Shown here: positions 40,300 through 52,280 of the stretch, piece after piece | Position numbering within the stretch: the first letter of the stretch is position 1 | Layout of the letters: the number at the start of each line of letters is the position of its first letter | From: Octopus sinensis | Taxonomy: Eukaryota | Reading direction: 5' to 3' | Assembly (NCBI RefSeq): GCF_006345805.1 | Contig: NC_043000.1 | Coordinates: 88,226,001-88,290,000, forward strand | Length of the DNA: 64,000 bases | Notes under the pieces: model-generated | Told to the model about the DNA's origin: nothing | Seen by the model: the letters and a program-made list of their open reading frames with translations, nothing else | The model's database searches: none | Made by a program: the position numbers and the translations under genes

Positions 40300-40658
40300 A
40301 AATAAAGTCTTCGGAGGGGCGATGCATAGCCTGCTTGCTCACAAGGATAAAATAAAATTTAATGCAATAAATACATTCTCAAACGAATTCATATTTCAAC
40401 AAAATTATATCCAGAGTTATTTCCCCTACTTTTTGTTTATGCATATTTAACAAAGAAGCATACATTTTGATTCATACGTCCGCCAGTTTTGTAGATAAAC
40501 CAAAATTTAATGGGTTCAAGCCACTCACCCAATGAGTATTTCTACCAAATTTGATGAAAATCCGTTCAGCCGTTTTCCAGTCATTTTGCAAACACACAGA
40601 CAAACAGACGAAGACGAGTGACTACAATAACCCTGCATCGATTACGCGCGCAGGATAA
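40300..40658 (+). mobile_element. Helentron-associated (HINE/DINE-like) non-autonomous element
   Basis: ccaaatttgatgaaaatccgttcagccgtttt core, (ACAG)-like short repeat, terminal stem-loop cctgc...gcagg followed by ataa. Confidence 0.5.
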
Positions 40659-40920
40659 GGCATACAATTTATAATTTACGCAAAATACCATCCGATAATA
40701 TATCGCATACCGTAAATTCTTTATATAAACATCATAAAATCACTGTAACACAACTAACACGGAGCATAATCATCACCCAACCAAATGACCTAAGTCAATT
40801 AGCACATTTCACCGAATAATCGAACTTGAAAGAAAATATAAACTCCACAATGTGTGTATGTATGTATGCATGCATGCATGTATGTATGTATGTATGTATG
40901 TATGTATGTATGTATTTATG

Positions 40921-41125
40921 TCATCATTCAGTTTTATTTCAAGATTTCTTGCCAATAGAGAAAGAGTCGGTTTCTAACCAAGATCCACGACTCCTTCATA
41001 GGAATTTCAACATCAACAACAGCGTATTTTTGTATGTATGTATAAGTGCAGATTTGTATGTTTTATGTATGTCTTCGTATGCATATACTTACATACCTAG
41101 ACATGCTCATATATACTTAAATGCA
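40921..41125 (-). mobile_element. 3' UTR fragment of the R4-clade family at 34641
   Basis: tcat.attcagttttatttcaagattt.ttgccaa.agagaaaga.tcggtttctaacc...acatgctcatatatacttaaat shared; same junction with (TATG)n. Confidence 0.85.
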
Positions 41126-43349
41126 AGTATGTATCTAAGTATGAATGAATGACTGATGATAGTTGAAATTATTTTCTTAAAACGTACAAAGCAATGTATA
41201 AAACTGGAAAGAGTTCATAAGATGGACCACATGGAGAAGCAACATTGATATCATCAATGATTAATAGCCAGGATTATTAGCCACAATCACAAAACAATCG
41301 GGAAAAGAATCTACTTGTTAGATACTGGATGACGATTAAAAATTCATGGCACACAATATATTTCTTTTAGCTTTCTCTCGTAAAGATTAAAAGTTGTTGT
41401 TATGACTTCCAAGAAACACATAAGTGTATAGTGAAAAAAAGATTTGCACTTGCTGAGTAAAGTGTGCGCGCGCGTGTATGTATGGACGTGTGCACGTGGG
41501 TGTGTGCATGCGCGTGTGTATGCTGTCTGTGTCAAACTGCTTATGTATTCCAAGGAGATTAGAGGTTTGAAGATATTCTGTCTGCTGATTGATTTGATTG
41601 TGCGACAGTCTTAGTGAAATCTATAAAACCTCCGATTTACTGACTTACAGTCTCCTGTTTAAAGAATTTGTTCGCAAGGTAATAATATCGCTACTGCTGT
41701 CTATAGACACTTAAGAAAGAATATGATAGAACATCATCAACTGACGACACTGAATATTTTCTATTATTTTGGTGGAGCAGCTATTACGACACATCATATC
41801 TACTAAATCTAAACCCTAAAAGATTAAGAAAAGTTTGACAAATTTAGTTTAGTCTGAAGCGTTTGACAGAATTAGAAACATGCATTTGATGGTGAAATAT
41901 ATGTCCTGGGTAAAACATTATCGAATATGCAATTACTTTTCCATATTTAACTCTGAAATTATTAATATGTGAAATTGATAACTATTAGGAGTTATGCGAA
42001 CCAAGTATTTCAATAAAAGTTTACTAGACTATACTTTCAAATTAACAATGCACTTAACTGCATGTTTTCATGCAGAAAACACCCTTGGGGAAAATTTTCC
42101 AATGCCGTTAATTTGCATTGCCATCTCAGCGAAATAGTTTACCATGAAACCTATATGCACATCAAAGTCAGTCTATGATCTGTCAGCTTTGTATTTAATA
42201 CTCTTCGCCGAGGAGGCTTAATAAGACCGAAACGTAAACTTATCACTGTTCCAACCAAAATTTAGGCTTTCGTCTTTATATAAATTTTGGTCAATTAAAA
42301 TTTTAGATTACCTTCGAGTGATACTTTGAAGATGAATATGCATGAAAGCTATTGATATATGGCATTTTGTTAAATAAAGTTTTCATTTTAATTGATTAAA
42401 TGTGATTTTCTACTGTAGAAGTCTGTACTTAACCATATGTTTTTCACGTAGAAAATACTCTTGGAAAATTCTTCATTAGATATCTTTGTATTTACTACAC
42501 AATTTTCATGAAAGATGCTGCTGTCTTTACAAGAAATAAACTAATAAAATACACCGAATAAAATACAAAGAAATAAACTAATAAAAACGAAAGTAAACCT
42601 AATGATAAAACGTTAATAATGATTACCGATGTATTTTCACTGAAATAACAAAGCTGTAGACAACAAAATTAGTCTCTGATAGATGTCAGAAGAAATAGCG
42701 TTCTTTGCAATGTTTAAATGAAAAGATAAATATTGAACTGAAATAATGGATGAATGACGGCTGCATGCGATGAATTACATCTGCTTCCTCTAATATAACA
42801 TGAATCTGCTTTCAATACTGACAATCCGACACACTAAACGGTGCTAGCTGCTAAGCCAGACATATTACTTTACTGATGCCATTGAACCTTGTATATACAT
42901 TAAGTAAAAAAATAAACAAACGTTTAGATAATTGTCTTCATGACTTGTTGATTTACAGAGTTCAAACTTACATATCGATATTTCCTATTCAGAGAAACTG
43001 TTTATAATTGTAGAAATTTGAATAGAGGATCAATGCAGTATAAATGCAGTAATAATTACACTTTTATCACAATACAAAATTATAATATATTAAGAAATTG
43101 TTGTATAGACTTAATTTTATATCGATAAGCACTAGTTGAAACAATCTAATATGTAATTTTAAATAATACCTTTGTATATAGGGGCTTTCTATCAATTTTT
43201 ATTGTCCTTAGGCATATTTTTGTACGAATGGAAGTGTAATTTTGTGGTAGGCCCCATATGTTTGCACCCAAGCAAGGGTTGATATATCGACAAGGTTAAT
43301 AATATTAAAAATATAACAACAACAACAACAATAATAATAATAATAATAA

Positions 43350-44220
43350 TGGTTAATGGCTTTTGGCTTAAAATCAGAAACAGAAAGGTTTATCATAGCA
43401 GCCGAAGATCAATGCCTACCTACAAGGAACTACCAGGTCAACATATTAAAGAACGGCAGCTGCCCAACACATCGTGTATGTCAACAACAAAATAAAACCA
43501 TTGATAATATTGTTTCCATGTGCAGTCTTCTTGCGCCTACAGAGTATCTCAACAGGCATGATAGAGCTGCACAATATGTTCACTGGGTAATTTGCAAAAA
43601 CCTGGACCTACTCCATGATAAGAACTCTTGGGAACACAACCCAGCTTGAAAATGATCACACCTCACTCCTCTGGAACTTCATCGTTCAAACTGACAGAAA
43701 GACAGATTCAAATAATCCAGACATTATATTGAAAGACTTCAAACAAAAATCATACCTACTCATTGATATGACTGTCCCATTCGATATAAATGTATCTGTA
43801 AAGACCTACCAAAAACTGAGCAAGTATAAAGATCTTGAAATAGAAATTAACAAAATGTGCAACCTGAAGACTAAAACAATGCCTGTTGTCATAGGTGCCC
43901 TAGGAATGAGAGCAAAAGGGGCTAACTGCTACCTAGCTCAGATAGCAGGAAACCCAAAAATGGCAGAAATTCAAAACATAGTGCTCTTGGGAACTGCCCA
44001 TATCCTACGTAAAATACTGTCTATGTAATCTCAGATTTGAAAACACACCCATAATTTTCTTGTCTTTTCTTGAACATTCTCTAGAACAATACTATATACA
44101 AAACCAAATATATGACATCCTCGGCATAACACCAACATGAACTTCTAACTTGTTGTCTCTTGAGGTCTCTGGGTGAGACTTGGATCCAACTTGTACAAAT
44201 ACAAAGCAAAATTCAAACAT
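43350..44220 (+). mobile_element. 5'-truncated Dong/R4 LINE in (TAA)n
   Basis: ORFs 43356-43649 and 43615-44028: LKSETERFIIAAEDQCLPTRNY, degenerate CCHC, RHDRAAQYVHW, NNPDII..D...IDMTVP.D.N...K..KLSKYKDL (RLE); (TAA)n on both sides. Confidence 0.92.
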
Positions 44221-44256
44221 ATAATAATAATAATAATGATAATAATAATAATAATA

Positions 44257-44297
<41 letters not shown>

Positions 44298-44527
44298 TAT
44301 TAAGTAGGATTTAGCAAACTGCAGTAGGACCCTGTATGTGTAACCATAATAGTAATTAGCAAGAGATTTAATTGTGATGATTGGGGATTTGTACTTATGC
44401 CTTCTAATAGGTTCACTAGGCTGATTGTATTAAGAAATGTTTAGACAATTACTGTTTGTCTAGCAAGATCTTCGCTTGAGTAGTGTGATGGCTATTTCAG
44501 AAGATAGATTTAGTATTATCATTATAT

Positions 44528-44806
44528 GTGGAGGCGCAATGGCCCAGTGGTTAAGACAGTAGAATCGCGGTTTCAATTCCCAGACTGGGCGCTGTGTGTG
44601 TTTATTGAGCGAAAACACCTAAAAGCTCCACGAGGCTCCGGCAGGGGGTGGTACTCTTTCACCACTCTTTCTCTCACTCTTTCTTCTGTTGGCCTGCTCG
44701 CTTAGCCAGCGGGGTGGCGTCATTTGAAGGCTAAAACAATGCGAATGCATTGTGACCAGCGATGTGTAGCAACGTCTGATAGCCTGGTCGGTCACGTGAT
44801 CACGTG
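44528..44806 (+). mobile_element. tRNA-derived SINE (13757 family)
   Basis: GGAGGCGCAATGGCCCAGTGG head; 13 bp TSD attatcattatat at 44515-44527 and 44807-44819. Confidence 0.9.
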
Positions 44807-45661
44807 ATTATCATTATATAATTGAATGTTAATGCCATTGCCATTACCGCCTCTTAGTGATAGTATCCCCTTTACCGTAGTCCCTTCCTTGGCATGGTGC
44901 TTATTTACATGCTTGGTTCTTTTATGTCATAAGCAGCCTTGGGCCACTTAGAGCATATGCTACTTTTCTATACTTTTACATTTTATTTACTTCTTTATTT
45001 ACATCTACCCCTATAACAGTCTTAATAGCTTTTGTTTTTAAATTTAACTGACCAGTTATATCGATGACTGGACTTTGGTCAATCCCATTACGGGCAATAG
45101 GTAGTTGGTCTTTACAATATATCAATAAGTAAATAAATGTAATTAATTTATGGGCATGTTATTTGGATAAATATTAATTAGTACTATTTACGAAATCTTA
45201 AGTACTATTATGATTACTTCTAAAGGTTATGGCCCTATCACTCCTTTCGAGATCTATTTGCGTATCCCGTTGTACTAAAGTACTTATTTTACTTTTTATT
45301 ATTTATACACCCTGTTACACCTAAAGAAAGATTAACCCACCAATTAATTTTCTTGTTTAGTCATCTACTCAACGGCCTAAAGCGGAACACTGCAAAATGG
45401 TATGATTTAAATATATTAAGCCTCCATTCCACCTCTCGAGGCTCTTTTTCTTTTCTTTTCTTTTATGTATTTTTATTCACGCTGATGAAGCTACGTGTTC
45501 CAGATCAGATGTGCTATAGAATATGACGAATATTATTCTCAGAATTTTCTTTGGCAGTGCTGTGGGACTGTTAGATGGGATAAAGTTTTGTATTAAAAAA
45601 TTGTAATCGATGGTACTCATTTGCTATTGTTTAAGACTTCTCCATTTTCTGCTTAATTAAA

Positions 45662-45779
<118 letters not shown>

Positions 45780-47913
45780 ATATATATATACATATTTATA
45801 TTTGTATGTATATAATAAACATGAATGTGTGTCTTTATTTGCTGTGAATTGAAATCTGGTTTGTTTTCACTTTTCTCTTCACTTTTTTGGGAGGTCGCTA
45901 AAATAATCACACTCTCTCTACCGCTGACACTGCGATTAATTCAATTTCGCTGTCTATAGAGTGTTATTGTAAACTATGTTCCACCAAACTAATAGTGTTG
46001 TTCTCTTTTACTCGGTATAAGAAATGTATAGAAAATATTACAAATTCATGGATCACTTCACAAGAGAAACTTTTTCTTAAACCTCATATACTGTAAAAAT
46101 GAAGTTATGTCCATCTGAAAGGTACGATTGTTCTATTTCATAACTATGTTATGGATTTTCCTAATGTATATTTGCCAAACTATTTTATTGTAATTGCCCA
46201 AAATTCTGATGAATCCGTTTGTGAGTATTAACATTATGTACACAAATGATGAAATAAAAACATGAAGAATTTTAAATATTTTGTATCTTTTCAGCATATG
46301 CGTTCTAAGAGATTTGACAAAGGGAATATTTTAATGCTTTGAGCTACAGTAACGTATAAATCTTAATACTGATATGTTTTCTGTAACTCTTTCAAATAAA
46401 AATCAAATTTCTACTGGACTAGTTAATTCTTAATGGCTGACTTTCTCTTTTCTTGTTCAATAAGTGAGGCAAATGGTGATATAAAGCTTCACCCAATAGA
46501 AAACTGAATAGGAAACGAAGTCAAAACTATTGAGTGAAATCTTTGTAATAAAAACACACTTGTTTATGCTCTAATCTACATCCATGTACACATACAAATA
46601 TATGCACACAAGCACACACAAGTACAAATAATCCCACACATACATGCAGACAGATAAACAACACTGTTTTAGTTTTATCTTTTGTTTATTAAATCATTTT
46701 TATATTTTCTTATGTGTTGAGATCTTTTGAATCGTAAAGCTCCTAGATCCATCGATCTCATTTTTGTTGATATTCTCAAACTTATGTCCTGTAGGAATTA
46801 TTTGGTTTCGGTCTATGTTACCGCTATTTTATGGTTATATGCCTTTCAGATTTACCCTACGATCGAAGCAACACACAAAGGAATTTACGAAATAAATAAA
46901 ATTACGAAATACTAATGAATAGCAGGTATACAAAGAAATTGACCAAATCATAAAGCAATGCGTGGACGCTGACATATTAACATTAAAGGAGCTACTTAAT
47001 AAAGTGTGTAACTTAAATCAAATGAATGTTAGAAATAGAATACTTGATTAAGTTATAAATCAACTGGTAAAATAAACACAAAAGGCATTGAATAACTAAC
47101 AATGATATATAACAAAGATTATAAAATTAATAGCCTTCTTTATTTCAAAACATAAACTTGCAAACCTTCAAACATGTTTCTAGTGATCTATTTCTTATAT
47201 AATTCTAAATAGTCATATGATTTCGACACTTTCTCACCATATCACCATAGATGTATAAGAATTAAATCCAACACACTACTTCTTACAATATAAATCGTAA
47301 AGTTGATGGGAAACGTTGCTAAATAACAGAACTATCTTACACAGAATAGCAAAATGTGATAGAAAAAGCATTGAGGAAACGAACAACAATCATTAAGAAA
47401 AACAGTTTCATGATTGTTGAGAAAACGGTCAAAATTCTGGTATTCAAAAAGAGCAGCAATACTAGCACTAGTAAATTGCCAATACCATTTCCTCATCTAC
47501 AATAAAATGCATTACACACACCAACATCCATTATTTTAATCCAGAAGATGAGATCGCCGAGAACTGAAAATATCACCTCACGTCCAACAAGTTAGGAAGA
47601 TTACTGTTACAAAAAATCTGTAAAAGACACAAACGGAAATATGAAAAAATGTGAGATAAAAGAGAATCTGTAGTACGCAACCACGTTTTCGATTTAACAC
47701 ACACACACATACGTGTGTATGTGAGTGTGGGTGCGTGCGTGTGTTAGTGCTTGAATGAGTCACTGTAAGTGCAACTTGGAATCTCCTACCGATAAACGTG
47801 AATCTACCAAATGTAGAGTTCTTCGATTTAGAAATATTTATTATAAAAAAAATTGTAATTTTTCAGACCAAATGTAAAAACGTATCTATCTATTTATCTG
47901 TCCCTCTGTCTCT

Positions 47914-47963
<50 letters not shown>

Positions 47964-48003
47964 TATATATACAGAGCTATAAATAAATAAAGGAATATAT
48001 GTG

Positions 48004-48052
<49 letters not shown>

Positions 48053-48318
48053 GTCTATACATATATATCTGTCTATGCATATATATATATATATATATGT
48101 ATAGGTTATGAGAGGCAATGGTGTCAATAAGACCCAACAGTGTCAGGCAATGCTGAGTAAGTGCTATGGACAGAGTATAGTTAAGCTCCAGGTTTGGTGA
48201 TTATGCGAATGAGGAGTCCAACGTAGGTCATATATCGACATGTGTATATATAAAAAAATTACAGAATGAGACAAAAATCCAAGGTTGTGAAAGATTTCAG
48301 AACCTTTATAAATAGAAG

Positions 48319-48366
48319 ATCTTACAACTGTTTCCGGGATATTTTATATATCCCTTCATCGGAGAT
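48319..48366 (-). ncRNA. Minimal type I hammerhead ribozyme (CCGATGA core)
   Basis: atct CCGATGA a-gggatat-ataaa-atatccc-g GAAA cagttg TA agat. Confidence 0.65.
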
Positions 48367-48475
48367 GGTGTGAGAATATGGTTAAGCAATAGTTATTCTA
48401 GATAAGATATTGATTAGAGAGAGAAAAGTGAAGAATGAAAATAGACATGATATATGCAGGGATATTGTATCTGTA

Positions 48476-48559
48476 GTTCCATTATTTAGGCAGAATGGTA
48501 TATATATAAGATTGGTGCAGGAATATTATATATATACCATTCTGCCTAAATAATGGAAC
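48476..48559. repeat. Perfect 34 bp inverted repeat with 16 nt loop
   Basis: gttccattatttaggcagaatggtatatatataa (48476-48509) / ttatatatataccattctgcctaaataatggaac (48526-48559). Confidence 0.95.
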
Positions 48560-48599
48560 ATATATGTATGTATGGTATATGTATAACTCGATTCCGTCT

Positions 48600-48903
48600 G
48601 GCGGAGTATATATAACTCGGCCGTAAGTCTGGGTGAACGCACAACTTAGGGTTGTTTTTAATGGAAGACCAGCAGTCGTCCATGCATAAAAGCCTCCCTT
48701 GTCCACGCCACCGATGTTATCCAAAGGAAAGGCAAAGGCCGATATCGCTTGGCACCAGTGAACACACAACTCATTTCTATATAACCGAGCGAACTGGAGC
48801 AACGTGAAATAAAGTATCTTGCTCAAGAACACATCACGCAGCCTGGCCCTGGAATCAAACTCACATCACGATCGTAAGCTCGACGCTCCAACCACTGAGT
48901 CAT
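48600..48903 (-). mobile_element. tRNA-derived SINE, fourth family
   Basis: Minus strand TGACTCAGTGGTTGGAGCG...GAGTTTGATTCC...tgtgttcttgagcaagatactttatttcacgttgctccagt. Confidence 0.75.
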
Positions 48904-49472
48904 ATATATATATGTACGCACAAACATACACATGCGTGCTTCCATTCAAACACACGCACACACACGCACTCTCACATAAGTTCATACACACGTGTGCTTG
49001 CGCACACAGTCGTATCTTTGGCCACACACGTCTCCAGTCGTTTCCGGCCTTCCGGTTAGTCCAACATGTTGTAACTGTTAATTCAGACATTCCTTTCTCT
49101 CGATTTATTTTGTTTTTCTTTCCTGTAAAAGAGCGTCGGCTCGAAGCGTTAAAGTCTTCTCCCATTTTTCCTGAGCTATACACGAATACAGCCTGTTTGT
49201 TGTTCTTTCATCTGTCAGTGGTTTTGTTTACTTTTGAACCATAGATTCATATGTACATATGTATGTATGCATGCGTGGCGCCTTGGTCAATTATATATAT
49301 ATATATCGTGACGTATTTTTGCCATTTCAATATGACTAACCCCTAAGGGTGGATGCTACTGTAGTTTTTAGCCCCAGGAGGACACACTCCTCCAGCTGGC
49401 CATAGACACACTTTCTGTGTCCTGTCAGTATTTGCAAAGGGAAGTCATCCTTCCCGTCTTCAACTTATGATA

Positions 49473-49517
49473 CACACGGACTCGAGTTTCGAGGTATTGA
49501 CCTCTCGTCAGCGTGTG
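49473..49517 (-). ncRNA. Canonical minimal type I hammerhead ribozyme
   Basis: cacacg CTGACGA gaggt-caat-acctc GAAA ctcgag TC cgtgtg; intact core, palindromic stem III, GUC triplet. Confidence 0.9.
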
Positions 49518-49825
49518 ACAATCATAGTTGTCGCCGAGAATTAGATTTCCTTCACAAATACTTATACTTTTTCCAGCGCCCACTGTCGCTGATATTGAAA
49601 GAGTGAAATCAAACAATGATAAATATCAAAGTGAGTTATATACAGTAGCGGTAACCCATCGTGACGTATTTTTGCCATTTCAATATGGCTAACCCCTAAG
49701 GGTGGATGCTACTGTAGTTTTTAGCCCCAGGAGGACACACTCCTCCAGCTGGCCATAGACACACTTTCTGTGTCCTGTCAGTATTTGCAAAGGGAAGTCA
49801 TCCTTCCCGTCTTCAACTTATGATA

Positions 49826-49870
49826 CACACGGACTCGAGTTTCGAGGTATTGACCTCTCGTCAGCGTGTG
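49826..49870 (-). ncRNA. Canonical minimal type I hammerhead ribozyme (copy 2)
   Basis: Identical to 49473-49517. Confidence 0.9.
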
Positions 49871-49920
49871 ACAATCATAGTTGTCGCCGAGAATTAGATT
49901 TCCTTCACAAATACATGATA

Positions 49921-49965
49921 CACACGGACTCTAGTTTCGAGGTATTGACCTCTCGTCAGCGTGTG
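49921..49965 (-). ncRNA. Hammerhead ribozyme (copy 3, inside the 95 bp duplication)
   Basis: Same motif with stem III loop variant ctagag. Confidence 0.8.
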
Positions 49966-50272
49966 ACAATCATAGTTGTCGCCGAGAATTAGATTTCCTT
50001 CACAAATACTTATACTTTTTCCAGCGCCCACTGTCGCTGATATTGAAAAAGTGAAATCAAACAATGATAAATATCAAAGTGAGTTATATCAGTAGCGGTA
50101 ACACATCGTGACGTATTTTTGCCATTTCAATATGGCTAACCCCTAAGGGTGGATGCTACTGTAGTTTTTAGCCCCAGGAGGACACACTTCTCCAGCTGGC
50201 CATAGACACACTTTCTGTGTCCTGTCAGTATTTGCAAAGGGAAGTCATCCTTCCCGTCTTCAACTTATGATA

Positions 50273-50317
50273 CACACAGACTCAAGTTTCGAGGTATTGA
50301 CCTCTCGTCAGCGTGTG
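50273..50317 (-). ncRNA. Hammerhead ribozyme (copy 4)
   Basis: Same motif with two C>T changes at CpG sites on the ribozyme strand (cttgag TC tgtgtg). Confidence 0.8.
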
Positions 50318-50439
50318 ACAATCATAGTTGTCGCCGAGAATTAGATTTCCTTCACAAATACTTATACTTTATATATATATATATAAATATATATATATAT
50401 ACATATATATATATACATATATATATACATATATATATC

Positions 50440-50472
<33 letters not shown>

Positions 50473-50489
50473 TTATATATACTTGTATG

Positions 50490-50690
50490 TTGTGTGTCTG
50501 TTTGTTCCCCCTTCTTCGTTTGACAACCGTTGTTGGTGGGATTACGTCCCCGTACCTTAGCGGTTTGGCAAAAGAGACCGAGAGATTAAGTACTAGGCTT
50601 ACAAAGAATAAGTCTTGGGGTCGATCTGTTCACTAAAGGCGGTGCTCCAGCATAGCCGTAGTCAAATGACTGACACAAGTAAGAGAATAA
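50490..50690 (+). mobile_element. 3' half of CORE-like SINE
   Basis: tgacaaccg...acgtccccgtaccttagcggtttggcaaaagagaccg...aaggcggtgctccagcat...gtcaaatgactgacacaagtaagag. Confidence 0.85.
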
Positions 50691-50731
50691 AAAAATATAT
50701 ATGTATATATATCTATGTCTCTCGCTCTCTT

Positions 50732-50797
<66 letters not shown>

Positions 50798-50985
50798 CAA
50801 TATAGGATGAAGTCCCTTACTCTACAGCAAAGGAATTCATCAGGAAGCGTGGGCAGTATATTTAAAAAAACCGTTACGGTTGCACACTAAAGGCGGTGCT
50901 CCAGCATAGCCGTAGTCAAATGACTGACACAAGTAAGAGAATAAAAAAATATATATGTATATATATCTATGTCTCTCGCTCTCTT

Positions 50986-51060
<75 letters not shown>

Positions 51061-51170
51061 AGCAATATAGGATGAAGTCCCTTACTCTACAGCAAAGGAA
51101 TTCATCAGGAAGCGTGGCAGTATATTTAAAAAAACCGTTACGGTTGCAATATACATCATATAACGAAATT

Positions 51171-51230
51171 TCTACTGAAGAAGGAATATATCTTTTTATA
51201 AGATTAAGTCCGAAATTGATTCAATATAGA
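51171..51230 (+). ncRNA. Type I hammerhead-like motif
   Basis: tcta CTGAAGA agga...atctt.ttta.taagat...tcc GAAA ttgattcaa TA taga. Confidence 0.6.
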
Positions 51231-51363
51231 GATAACGAAATTTAAATTTTCTAAAGGTTAGTTGCCCGTTTTCAGTTTCAATTTTCCTGTAACAAGCGGA
51301 TTATAAGTGGATAAAACAGTGTATTTGGCTTTAGAATAACCCTCTTTAGCCCTTAATTATATG

Positions 51364-51399
<36 letters not shown>

Positions 51400-51731
51400 A
51401 TGTGTAAGTAAATTTGTATACATATATGTCTGTGTGCATGTGTGAATACGCACTAAAGTGTATATACATACACATAAATGCAATTATGCATAAACACACA
51501 TGCACATACATATATATATTATATATATATATATATATATAAGCAATATAGGATGAAGTCCCTTACTCTACAGCAAAGGAATTCATCAGGAAGCGTGGGC
51601 AGTATATTTAAAAAAACCGTTACGGTTGCACACTAAAGGCGGTGCTCCAGCATAGCCGTAGTCAAATGACTGACACAAGTAAGAGAATAAAAAAATATAT
51701 ATGTATATATATCTATGTCTCTCGCTCTCTT

Positions 51732-51805
<74 letters not shown>

Positions 51806-51914
51806 AGCAATATAGGATGAAGTCCTTACTCTACAGCAAAGGAATTCATCAGGAAGCGTGGCAGTATATTTAAAAAAACCGTTACGGTTGCAATATACAT
51901 CATATAACGAAATT

Positions 51915-51974
51915 TCTACTGAAGAAGGAATATATCTTTTTATAAGATTAAGTCCGAAATTGATTCAATATAGA
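51915..51974 (+). ncRNA. Type I hammerhead-like motif (duplicate of 51171-51230)
   Basis: Identical sequence in the duplicated block. Confidence 0.6.
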
Positions 51975-52106
51975 GATAACGAAATTTAAATTTTCTAAAG
52001 GTTAGTTGCCCGTTTTCAGTTTCAATTTTCCTGTAACAAGCGGATTATAAGTGGATAAAACAGTGTATTTGCTTTAGAATAACCCTCTTTAGCCCTTAAT
52101 TATATG

Positions 52107-52144
<38 letters not shown>

Positions 52145-52247
52145 ATGTGTAAGTAAATTTGTATACATATATGTCTGTGTGCATGTGTGAATACGCACTA
52201 AAGTGTATATACATACACATAAATGCAATTATGCATAAACACACATG

Positions 52248-52280
<33 letters not shown>

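Larger units (their letters stand above)
49305..50370 (-). mobile_element. Tandem array of ~353 bp HHR-containing monomers (non-LTR retrozyme-like family B) in (TA)n
   Basis: atcgtgacgtattttt recurs at 49305, 49658 and 50105; near-identical units; extra 95 bp internal duplication covering the HHR. Confidence 0.9.
50631..52270. repeat. Compound tandem duplication (Y-X-Y-X-Z-X-Y-X-Z); larger period ~746 bp
   Basis: X (aagcaatataggatgaagtcc...cggttgca) at ~50795, 51060, 51541, 51805; Y (cactaaaggcgg) at 50631, 50885, 51631; Z at 51149 and 51893. Confidence 0.9.

Noticed and set aside
42208-42240. CCGAGGA ggcttaataagacc GAAAC as a functional HHR
   Set aside because: Only the core and an imperfect stem II are visible; treated as a relic
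45482-45540. CTGATGA motif in a probable Penelope-like remnant
   Set aside because: No matching GAAA or stem III found downstream
49305-50370. CRISPR array interpretation of the tandem repeat
   Set aside because: Whole 353 bp units are repeated with no unique spacers; eukaryotic context and no cas genes
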